This document shows positions 17,579 through 25,194 of a stretch of 64,000 nt of DNA, piece after piece. Made by a program: the position numbers and the translations under genes. How positions within the stretch are numbered: the first letter of the stretch is position 1; each line of letters begins with the position of its first letter. Source of the DNA: an uncultured Synechococcus sp. (GTDB lineage: Bacteria > Cyanobacteriota > Cyanobacteriia > PCC-6307 > Cyanobiaceae); assembly GCA_937930135.1 (NCBI GenBank), contig CALGVO010000186.1:4324-68323 (forward strand), in the 5' to 3' direction. A model generated the notes under the pieces. The model saw only the letters and a program-made list of their open reading frames with translations, was not told the origin of the DNA and did no database searches.

Positions 17579-18795
17579 GTGACACCGTGCGGTGCCACGC
17601 TCTGCCCACCCGTCGTTTCGGCCGGACGGAACTACCGATGCCGATCCTCTCATTGGGAGGCATGCGCTTTCAGCAGAGCTGGACCGATCTCGCCGCTGAG
17701 GCGATCACGCACGCGTCGCAGCAACAGCTGGAGGCCACCCTGCGCCGGGCCGTGGCCTGCGGTTTTCATCATGTGGAGACCGCGCGCCATTACGGCAGCT
17801 CCGAGCGCCAGCTGGGCTGGGCGCTACCTCAGGTGCCCGATGCCGAGCGGATTCTGCAGACCAAGATTCCCCCCGGGGACGATGCGGCGGCCTTCGAGCA
17901 GGAGCTCAGCCTCAGCGTGGAACGACTGGGCGGAGCCCGGATCGATCTTTTGGCCATTCATGGCATCAACCGGCCGGAACATTTGGAGCAGACCCTTCGT
18001 CCCGGCGGCTGTCTGGAGGTGGTGCGGCGTTGGCAACAGCTTGGCCGGGTGGGCCATGTGGGGTTTTCCACCCATGGAACCACCGATCTGATCGTCGAGG
18101 CGATTCGCAGTGATGCCTTCGATTACGTGAATCTGCATTGGTATTACATCCGCCAGGACAACGAACCGGCGATCGAGGCGGCAGCGCAGCACGACATGGG
18201 GGTGTTCATCATCAGCCCCACCGACAAGGGCGGGCATCTGCACACGCCATCGCCCCGTCTTCAGGCGTTGTGTGAACCGCTGCATCCGATCGTGTTCAAC
18301 GATCTGTTCTGCCTGCGGGATTCCCGCGTTCACACGATCAGCGTTGGCGCCGCCCGTCCCGACGATCTCGACCTCCATCTGGAGGCGGTGGCCCGGCTCG
18401 ATCAGGTGGATCAGCTGCTGCCCCCGGTGGAGCGGCGCCTGGAGGATGCCGCCAGGCAGGCCCTCGGATCCGCCTGGCTGGAGAGCTGGCATCGGGGTCT
18501 GCCGCCCTGGGATCAGACGCCTGGAGGCATCAATGTGCCGGTGCTGCTCTGGTTGCATGGGCTGGTGGAGGCCTGGGGGCTGGAGGGTTATGCCCGCGCC
18601 CGCTATGGCCTCCTCGGCAAAGGCAGCCATTGGTTCCCCGGTGCCAATGCTGATCCGCTCGATCAGTACGTGTCGGAGGCGGAGTTGCTTGCTGTTCTGG
18701 GTGCCAGCCCCTGGGCTAGGGAGATTCCCTCCATCCTGCGGTCTCTACGGACCCGGGTGGGTGGTGCCGTGGGCGAGCGGCTGTCCAGCGCCTGA
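17575..18795 (+). CDS. aldo/keto reductase family protein
   Basis: RRFGRTEL, LSLGGMRF, HVETARHYGSSE, IDLLAIHGIN, GHVGFSTHG motifs. Confidence 0.85.
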   Translation: MSDTVRCHALPTRRFGRTELPMPILSLGGMRFQQSWTDLAAEAITHASQQQLEATLRRAVACGFHHVETARHYGSSERQLGWALPQVPDAERILQTKIPPGDDAAAFEQELSLSVERLGGARIDLLAIHGINRPEHLEQTLRPGGCLEVVRRWQQLGRVGHVGFSTHGTTDLIVEAIRSDAFDYVNLHWYYIRQDNEPAIEAAAQHDMGVFIISPTDKGGHLHTPSPRLQALCEPLHPIVFNDLFCLRDSRVHTISVGAARPDDLDLHLEAVARLDQVDQLLPPVERRLEDAARQALGSAWLESWHRGLPPWDQTPGGINVPVLLWLHGLVEAWGLEGYARARYGLLGKGSHWFPGANADPLDQYVSEAELLAVLGASPWAREIPSILRSLRTRVGGAVGERLSSA

Positions 18796-18822
18796 GCACT
18801 GTCGCACCGTCGTCTATCGGTG

Positions 18823-19575
18823 TCAGTCCGCTGAAGTGCCCAGAGGCAGCTTGGCAGGCATCCCCACGGCGCGGGGGTAGGTGGCTGGACAGGTCGCCAG
18901 CGGACGCAACCGCAGCAGGTGGCGCGGTCCTTTGTCGGCCGGAAGGTCGCGTTGTTGACAAGCCAGCAGGCTGGCGTTGAGCGGCTGCAGGGCGTTGCCG
19001 AGGTGGTGTGCATCGGCTTCGGTCCAGCGACCGCGGTAGAGCAGTGCTTCGCCGTCCTTCTGCAGCAGAGGCACCAGATATTCCGCCACCACGGGGGCTG
19101 AGGCGACGGCCCGCGCCATCGCCCGATCGAAGCAGCCGCGGCAGGCGGGATCCTGGCCCGTGCGCTCAATCCTTTCGGTTCTCACCTGCACCCGATCAGC
19201 CAGACCAAGGCTGTCGGCCATGGCTATGACTGCGGCGGTCTTGCGACCGACGGAATCGACCAGGGTGAGCTGGGCTCCGGGCAGGGCGATCGCCACCGCC
19301 AGGCCGGGAAAGCCGCCGCCGGTTCCCACATCGATGCAGCGGAGCGGGGTCTGCGGGGCTTGGAGTTCGTTGAGCAGGGGCCAGAGACTATCGAGCACCT
19401 GGGCCACCCAGAAATCAGCCCCCTCCACCAGGCGGGTGAGATTGACGCGTTGATTCCAGCTGCGCAATTCCTCCTGCAAGGTGACGAACTGTTCCAGCTG
19501 CCGGGGGGACGGCGTCCAGCCGAGGGCTTGCCACAGATCGGGACCGGGACCGTCAAAACGGGACGGTTTCGCCAT
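18823..19575 (-). CDS. rsmG: 16S rRNA m7G527 methyltransferase
   Basis: [45 protein letters not shown]; ATG 19575. Confidence 0.95.
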   Translation of the reverse strand: MAKPSRFDGPGPDLWQALGWTPSPRQLEQFVTLQEELRSWNQRVNLTRLVEGADFWVAQVLDSLWPLLNELQAPQTPLRCIDVGTGGGFPGLAVAIALPGAQLTLVDSVGRKTAAVIAMADSLGLADRVQVRTERIERTGQDPACRGCFDRAMARAVASAPVVAEYLVPLLQKDGEALLYRGRWTEADAHHLGNALQPLNASLLACQQRDLPADKGPRHLLRLRPLATCPATYPRAVGMPAKLPLGTSAD

Positions 19576-19613
19576 GGCGTTCCGTACGGCGGTTCTCCCT
19601 AGGATGCCTCCCG

Positions 19614-20210
19614 GTGGAAGGCTTTGAGCCGGGCGTGGCAGACAACCGGACCCTCTACGACGTGTTGGCCGTGCCGCCAGAGGCCGATACCGATGCCTTG
19701 CGGCGTGCGTTTCGCCGCCGCAGCAAGGCGCTGCACCCCGACACCACCGCGTTACCCCAGGAGCAGGCGGCACGGGAGTTTCAGCGACTCTGTGAGGCCT
19801 ACGCCCAGCTTGCCGATCCTGTGCAGCGCCGCCGTTACGATGCGGGTCTGCAGGCGACGTCGACGGTCAGCGTTGCCCCCGTGCCGTCTCCCGATGCCGC
19901 CTCTGCGGATTCCGGCTGGGGGAGCGTCGGCGTGCGCCGCCCTCTCTCTGGAGGGGAATGGTTGTCGATTGTGATGTTGGTGGCGGCCCTGCTGCTTTGC
20001 CTGCTGCTCGGTGTGGGCGGTGCCTGGCTTCGGGGTGTGGAGCTCCAGGTGGCGCCGAGTTGGCTGCAGCAGGAGCAGACTTGGGATCAGTTGGAACCGC
20101 TTTCCCGACGTGATGACCGCCCTGCCGCCGGGCCAGACCCCTCTGAATCAGCATTCCCTGCGCTCTCTGGAGCTCTGGTTGGAGAGCCTGGGGGCCAGCC
20201 GCAGCTGTGA
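19614..20210 (+). CDS. J-domain protein with C-terminal TM segment
   Basis: LYDVLAV...[15 protein letters not shown]...[15 protein letters not shown]; hydrophobic stretch after RRPLSGGE; start may be GTG 19635. Confidence 0.85.
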   Translation: MEGFEPGVADNRTLYDVLAVPPEADTDALRRAFRRRSKALHPDTTALPQEQAAREFQRLCEAYAQLADPVQRRRYDAGLQATSTVSVAPVPSPDAASADSGWGSVGVRRPLSGGEWLSIVMLVAALLLCLLLGVGGAWLRGVELQVAPSWLQQEQTWDQLEPLSRRDDRPAAGPDPSESAFPALSGALVGEPGGQPQL

Positions 20211-20379
20211 TGATCCCTGCGTTTGGCGTTGGCATCAGCCGGAGTGGTCGGCGGAGATTCGTCTGGAGCAGGAGGATCTCTGCGTCAGTTGGCAGGCCTC
20301 GGGCCATGGCTCACAGCGAACCTTCCCCTACGGATTGCCCCGTTTGGATGTGGAGGCGGCGATGCGGGCCGGTCCCTGA
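20113..20379 (+). CDS. DUF3143 family protein
   Basis: [23 protein letters not shown]...FPYGLPRLDVEAAMRAGP. Confidence 0.75.
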   Translation: MTALPPGQTPLNQHSLRSLELWLESLGASRSCDDPCVWRWHQPEWSAEIRLEQEDLCVSWQASGHGSQRTFPYGLPRLDVEAAMRAGP

Positions 20380-20419
20380 TCGGGGCGTCATGATGGGGGC
20401 GTTGATCGGGCCGAGTGTC

Positions 20420-20710
20420 ATGGCCGCAACCACAACCTCCCCGCGCCTGTCCAAGCGGTTCGTCACGCCCGCCGCCCGGGTGGCGAGCACGGCACGTCAT
20501 TTGGATTCTGGCGTCTTCGGACGGCGGGATGTTTTTGCTGAGGGCCTCTGGCCCTCGATCAAGGTGCGCCTGGAAATGGCCGGTTGGTCACCGTCCCAGA
20601 TCGACCAGATCCATGAACAGTTGCGCCAGGGCTGGACGCTGCCGATGGCGGTGCGCCACGTGGCCATGCGCCATGGGGCCTGTCCACTGCGCTCAAGACC
20701 TCTGGGCTGA
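20420..20710 (+). CDS. hypothetical protein
   Basis: ATG 20420 in ORF 20207-20710; codirectional with neighbours; plausible helical C-terminal domain. Confidence 0.55.
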   Translation: MAATTTSPRLSKRFVTPAARVASTARHLDSGVFGRRDVFAEGLWPSIKVRLEMAGWSPSQIDQIHEQLRQGWTLPMAVRHVAMRHGACPLRSRPLG

Positions 20711-20715
20711 GCGCT

Positions 20716-20871
20716 TCAGCGGCAGACTTCGCTCCTGTCTTCGGAGCTGGTCGACAGCGGCCCACAGTTGAACCAGCGAACCAGGCCGATCTCCACGTCG
20801 GTGAACAGCACCAGAATGCCACCGCAGAGAAGGATCACGGCCACGGTGGCCCAGGTCTGGCGGCTGGTCAT
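20716..20871 (-). CDS. small membrane protein (51 aa)
   Basis: MTSRQTWATVAVILLCGGILVLFTDVEIGLVRWFNCGPLSTSSEDRSEVCR; starts 14 nt after bioD stop; not in ORF track. Confidence 0.65.
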   Translation of the reverse strand: MTSRQTWATVAVILLCGGILVLFTDVEIGLVRWFNCGPLSTSSEDRSEVCR

Positions 20872-20885
20872 GGCAGAGGGTGCTG

Positions 20886-21545
20886 TCAGAGCAGAAGTCG
20901 CTCGAACTTAGGCCCCAGCTCCTGCCGTTGCCATGTGTCCTGCAGGCTGGCGGCATCGAGAGGATCAAGCCTGGGAATCTGGGCCAACACCGGAACGCCG
21001 CCGAACTGTTCCAGGGTGCGGGGGTTGTCGGCATGCAGCGGGCCGTTGAGGAACAGGCCCAGCACCGGGATCGAGCGTCGCTTCAGTGCTTCCAGGCTCA
21101 AGAGTGTGTGGTTGAGCGTGCCGAGGCCGCTGCGCGCCACCAGCACCACCGGCAGTTGCCACCGTTCCAGCTGATCGATCTGCAGCCAGTGGCGATTGAG
21201 GGGCACGTGCAGTCCCCCGGCGGTCTCGATCACCAGGGGATGGCCGTTCGTCTCGGGTGGCACAAGGCGGTCCGGATCGATCGTCTGTGCCTCCATCTCG
21301 GCAGCCCAGTGGGGCGAGACGGCTGCGTGAAAGGCATAGGCTTCCGGCAGCTGCCGTTCCACCGGCAGCTGGAGCACAGCCGTCAGCCAGGCGCGATCCC
21401 CCCCCTGCTCCAGGCCGCTCTGCACCGGTTTCCAGTACCAGGCCTCCAGCCCCTGCACCAGCAGCGCGCTCACCACGGTTTTGCCCACATCGGTGTCGGT
21501 GCCGCACACCACCAGCCGGGGATCACAGCGAGGGCGCTCACTCAT
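20886..21545 (-). CDS. bioD: dethiobiotin synthase
   Basis: VCGTDTDVGKT P-loop, YWKPVQSG, IETAGG, SGLGTLNHTLLS; ATGA overlap with bioC. Confidence 0.95.
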   Translation of the reverse strand: MSERPRCDPRLVVCGTDTDVGKTVVSALLVQGLEAWYWKPVQSGLEQGGDRAWLTAVLQLPVERQLPEAYAFHAAVSPHWAAEMEAQTIDPDRLVPPETNGHPLVIETAGGLHVPLNRHWLQIDQLERWQLPVVLVARSGLGTLNHTLLSLEALKRRSIPVLGLFLNGPLHADNPRTLEQFGGVPVLAQIPRLDPLDAASLQDTWQRQELGPKFERLLL

Positions 21546-22315
21546 CGCTGCAGCAGCAGGATCTGAATCGTCCAGGTCAGTCTGAACCGTCCGTCGGACT
21601 CCGAGACGGGCCAGTGACGGCCCAGCTGTCGCCAGGCACGCACCCCCAGCGGTTCCACCGGGGTGCTGCCGGCTCCAACGCGGCGCATCGGTCGAAGCAG
21701 GGCGGCCACGCTTCGGGCCTGTGTGGTGAAGTGATGCAGGGATCGGTGCCGCACGGCTCTGGCCGGGACAGCTTCGAGCAGGCTGGTGGCGGTTGGCAGA
21801 GGCAGAGCGGTGCAGGTCTGGCCGGATGCACTGGCTGCCTGATGCCATTGCCTGAAGCTGCCGTGAACCGGTAGGGCGAGGGCGAGCCAGCCGGCAGGGG
21901 CGAGCGCCTCGTACCACTGCTGCATGCGCAGGCAGGGATCGTCGAGCCAGTGCAAGCAGAAACTGGAGGCCAGCACCTGGGGGGGGGCAGGCCAGGGTGG
22001 GAGCCCCTGTTGCAGGTCCCACCTCTGCGTGTCAGGCCGCTGGCTCTGGCGCGCCAGCATCGCTTCGCTGCCATCGAGGCGGCCAACGGACTGGCCCGGA
22101 TGCAAGGTTTCGAGTGCATCGGCCAGCATCCCCGTGCCTGCTCCGAGATCCAGCCAGCGTCCTCGTGGTAACGGTCGGCGGCGGCAGAGGCCGGCCAGAC
22201 GCCAGGCCACGGCCCGTTGCAGTCCGGCATGCTTGACGTAATGAGGGGCAGCCCGGTCAAAACGCTGCAGCACCTGGTGTCGCCAGGGTTGCTCCCCGGG
22301 GGAGAGCTCCATCAC
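21542..22315 (-). CDS. bioC: malonyl-ACP O-methyltransferase BioC-like
   Basis: FDRAAPHY...LQRAVA, LDLGAGTG SAM motif, SSFCLHW; position in bio cluster. Confidence 0.8.
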   Translation of the reverse strand: MMELSPGEQPWRHQVLQRFDRAAPHYVKHAGLQRAVAWRLAGLCRRRPLPRGRWLDLGAGTGMLADALETLHPGQSVGRLDGSEAMLARQSQRPDTQRWDLQQGLPPWPAPPQVLASSFCLHWLDDPCLRMQQWYEALAPAGWLALALPVHGSFRQWHQAASASGQTCTALPLPTATSLLEAVPARAVRHRSLHHFTTQARSVAALLRPMRRVGAGSTPVEPLGVRAWRQLGRHWPVSESDGRFRLTWTIQILLLQR

Positions 22316-23064
22316 GTCGTCGGCCCCGTCGCCGGCGGCGAGTCCAGCCAGTGCTGCACCCGAACCAGCAGGTCGGGCACCAGCAGAGCGTGGCCCGCAT
22401 CCTGCAGTGTCCAGTGCTCGGGGGGGCGATCGAGATGGTCCTGAAGTCGCTTGAGCAGCTCCAGACGGGCCTCCGGCGCCACAATCGCATCATCCGCTGC
22501 GTCCACCACCAGCACCCGAGCCGTCCTGGGGAATCCCTCCGGTAAGCCGCTGGTGTGCAGCAGCCGCTGCAGGTCCTGATCGAGGCGTCGCCGCCCGTCC
22601 GGGGTCAGCCCTGTCTGCAATGGCCCCGGCGGCAGGGCCGACGCCGGGGCGGGCAGGGCCGCCCGCGCCAGAAAGCGTTCGAGCATGGCCCGCTCCCCAT
22701 CGCTCCCCAGGGCGTTGTGCATCCCCATCAGGGCGGAGCGCAGCGCGCGGCCGGCGGCTCCGGCTGGCACGAAGCGACCGAAACTGGTGAGCAACACCAC
22801 ACCCGTGGCGCTGCTGAGAACCTCGGCATCCACGAGATGGGGGCCCAGGGAGTGACCGATCACCACCCGCTGCGCTGCGGTGCAGCCAGTCGTCTCCTGC
22901 CAGCGGGGCCGTACGGGGGGTAAGGCTCCATAGCCCCGTTCGCCGTTCTGCCATTGCCAGCCATGGTGCTCGAAATGGCGTTGCCATGGCTGCCAGGCGG
23001 AGCTGTCGCCGCTCCAGCCGTGCATGGCGATCACCTGGTTGTGCGCTGGATCAGCCACACGCAA
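22312..23064 (-). CDS. bioK: alpha/beta hydrolase, probable pimeloyl-ACP methyl ester esterase (BioK/BioH role); start uncertain
   Basis: MHGW oxyanion motif, GHSLG nucleophile elbow, DDAIV, AGHAL; lies between bioF and bioC. Confidence 0.7.
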   Translation of the reverse strand: MRVADPAHNQVIAMHGWSGDSSAWQPWQRHFEHHGWQWQNGERGYGALPPVRPRWQETTGCTAAQRVVIGHSLGPHLVDAEVLSSATGVVLLTSFGRFVPAGAAGRALRSALMGMHNALGSDGERAMLERFLARAALPAPASALPPGPLQTGLTPDGRRRLDQDLQRLLHTSGLPEGFPRTARVLVVDAADDAIVAPEARLELLKRLQDHLDRPPEHWTLQDAGHALLVPDLLVRVQHWLDSPPATGPTT

Positions 23065-24187
23065 GCGCCTTCAGCAGGATCTCCAATGTCTCATCGCTCT
23101 GGTGGCGATGCAGCACCAGGCGCAGCCGTGCCGTTCCCTCCGGCACGGTGGGTGGGCGGATCGCCACCGTGAGCAGCCCGGCCTGCTCCAACTGCGCCTG
23201 GAGATCGAGGGCTGCCTGGTCATCACCCACCAGCAGCGGCAGGATCGGCCCCTGGCCGCCAGGGCGCTGCCAACCGGCGGTCTGGAGTCGGTCTCGCCAT
23301 TGTTCGCTCCGGGCTACCAGCTGCTCGCCCCATTGGGGGTTCGCCTGGATCTGGCTGAGCGCCGCCAGGGCTGCCGCCGCCAGGGGTGGGGCCAGTGCCG
23401 TGGTGTAGCGGAAGGCTCCGCTGCTCTGCAGCAGCGCCTCGCCGAGGGCGCCATCACAGGCCAGAAAGGCCCCCCCGCTGCCGAAGGCCTTGCCGAAGGT
23501 GCCGCTGAGCATCGCCACCTCGCGGAGGCCATGGGCCAGCCCTCGTCCCTCGGGGCCGAGCACGCCGAGGGCATGGGCTTCGTCCACCAGCAAGCGTGCT
23601 CCGTGCTGCTGGCAGAGGTCCAGCATGGCCCCCAGGTGCGGGCTGGTGCCCTCCATGCTGAACAGGCTTTCGGTGACCACCAGGGGCGGATGCCCTTGGT
23701 GGTGAGGTCCACAGGCCTGCAGCCGTCGCTCCAGGGCCTGGAGGTCGTTGTGGTCGAAGCGTTTCAGCCGGGCGCCGCTGGCCCGAACCCCCACCAGCAG
23801 GGAATGGTGAATCAGCCGGTCAGCGACCACGGTGGTGTGCCGGTCGGCCAGGGCGGCGATGGCGGCCAGGTTGGCCTGGAAGCCACTGGGGAAGAGCAGG
23901 ACCCGCTCCCGGCTGAGCCAATCGGCCAAGGCCGATTCCAGGCGGGTATGCACCGGCCTGCTGCCGCTGATCAGACGCGAGCCTCCTGCGCCGACGCCGC
24001 TGCACTCCAGTTCGCTCTGGGCCGCGGCGATCAGGGCGGGGTCGCGGCTCAGGTTCAGATAGTCGTTGCTGGCCAGATCCACGAGCCCGGAGTCGCTGTC
24101 ATGGCAGCCTTCAACCTGCAGGCGGCTGCTGCCGGGCGGGCTGATGAAGCTGCGCAAGCGACGACGACGGGCCGGAGTAATCGACAT
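23051..24187 (-). CDS. bioF: 8-amino-7-oxononanoate synthase
   Basis: LASNDYLNL, GAGGSRLISG, ESLFSMEG, VDEAHALG, GTFGKAFG, IRPPTVP. Confidence 0.95.
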   Translation of the reverse strand: MSITPARRRRLRSFISPPGSSRLQVEGCHDSDSGLVDLASNDYLNLSRDPALIAAAQSELECSGVGAGGSRLISGSRPVHTRLESALADWLSRERVLLFPSGFQANLAAIAALADRHTTVVADRLIHHSLLVGVRASGARLKRFDHNDLQALERRLQACGPHHQGHPPLVVTESLFSMEGTSPHLGAMLDLCQQHGARLLVDEAHALGVLGPEGRGLAHGLREVAMLSGTFGKAFGSGGAFLACDGALGEALLQSSGAFRYTTALAPPLAAAALAALSQIQANPQWGEQLVARSEQWRDRLQTAGWQRPGGQGPILPLLVGDDQAALDLQAQLEQAGLLTVAIRPPTVPEGTARLRLVLHRHQSDETLEILLKALACG

Positions 24188-24221
24188 GCCGACCTGTCTG
24201 GCGATCACCGCGGCCTGCAGG

Positions 24222-25184
24222 ATGGCATGTCACCGCTCCGAGCTCGTGTCGTCGTCCCCGTCGCTGCCGTCGTTGGAGCGTTTCACCCTGTTGTTTCCGC
24301 TCTGGACCCTGCTGGCGGCCCTGCTGTCGTTGGCGGTGCCGGGCTTGTTCGCCTGGGTGGCGGGGCCCGTGATCACCTGGGGCCTTGCTCTGATCATGCT
24401 CGGCATGGGGCTGGGGCTTGCCCCGGCTGACTTTCGTCGGGTGCTGGCTCGGCCCCGCTCCGCCTTGATCGGTGTGGCCTTGCAGTTTTTGGTGATGCCG
24501 TCGTTGGCGGCCCTTCTGGCCTGGGGCCTGCGCTTGGAACCCCCTCTGGCGGTGGGATTGATTCTGGTGGGGTGTTGCCCCGGTGGCACGGCCAGCAACG
24601 TGGTGGCCTTGATCGCCAGGGCTGATGTGGCCCTTTCGGTGGTGATGACCAGCCTGAGCACGGGCCTGGCGGTGGTGCTGACGCCGTTGCTCACCAGCCT
24701 GCTGGCCGGGCGTTACGTGCCAGTGGAGGGCTGGACTCTGTTGATCAATGTGCTGCAGGTGGTGCTGGTGCCGGTGGCACTCGGTGTTGCCTTGAAGCAG
24801 GGGCAGCCGGGGCTGGCGCGGCGGATCGAACCGTTGATGCCGCCGATTGCCGTGGTCGCCATCGCCTTGATCGTGGCCGGGATCCTGGCAGGCCAGCGCC
24901 AGGCGTTGCTCAGTCAGGGCGTGCTGTTGCTTCTGGCCACAGTGCTTCTCCATGCCGGCGGTTTTGCCTTGGGGTTGTTGGTGCCGGCACTGCTTGGAGA
25001 CGGGGCGTCGTCAAGCCGCACGATCAGCCTGGAGGTGGGGATGCAGAATTCAGGCCTGGCGGTGGTGTTGGCCCGGGCGGGAGGATTCGCCAGTCCGCTC
25101 ACGGCCCTGCCCGGGGCGATCTCTGCTGTGGTGCATTCCCTGCTCGGCAGTGCCCTGGCGGCCTGGTGGCGGCGGCGTCCCTAG
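24222..25184 (+). CDS. bile acid:sodium symporter (BASS) family transporter; start may be TTG 24273
   Basis: MLGMGL, QFLVMP, GLILVGCCPGGTASNV, TISLEVGMQNSGLA. Confidence 0.88.
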   Translation: MACHRSELVSSSPSLPSLERFTLLFPLWTLLAALLSLAVPGLFAWVAGPVITWGLALIMLGMGLGLAPADFRRVLARPRSALIGVALQFLVMPSLAALLAWGLRLEPPLAVGLILVGCCPGGTASNVVALIARADVALSVVMTSLSTGLAVVLTPLLTSLLAGRYVPVEGWTLLINVLQVVLVPVALGVALKQGQPGLARRIEPLMPPIAVVAIALIVAGILAGQRQALLSQGVLLLLATVLLHAGGFALGLLVPALLGDGASSSRTISLEVGMQNSGLAVVLARAGGFASPLTALPGAISAVVHSLLGSALAAWWRRRP

Positions 25185-25194
25185 GATCGGCCCT

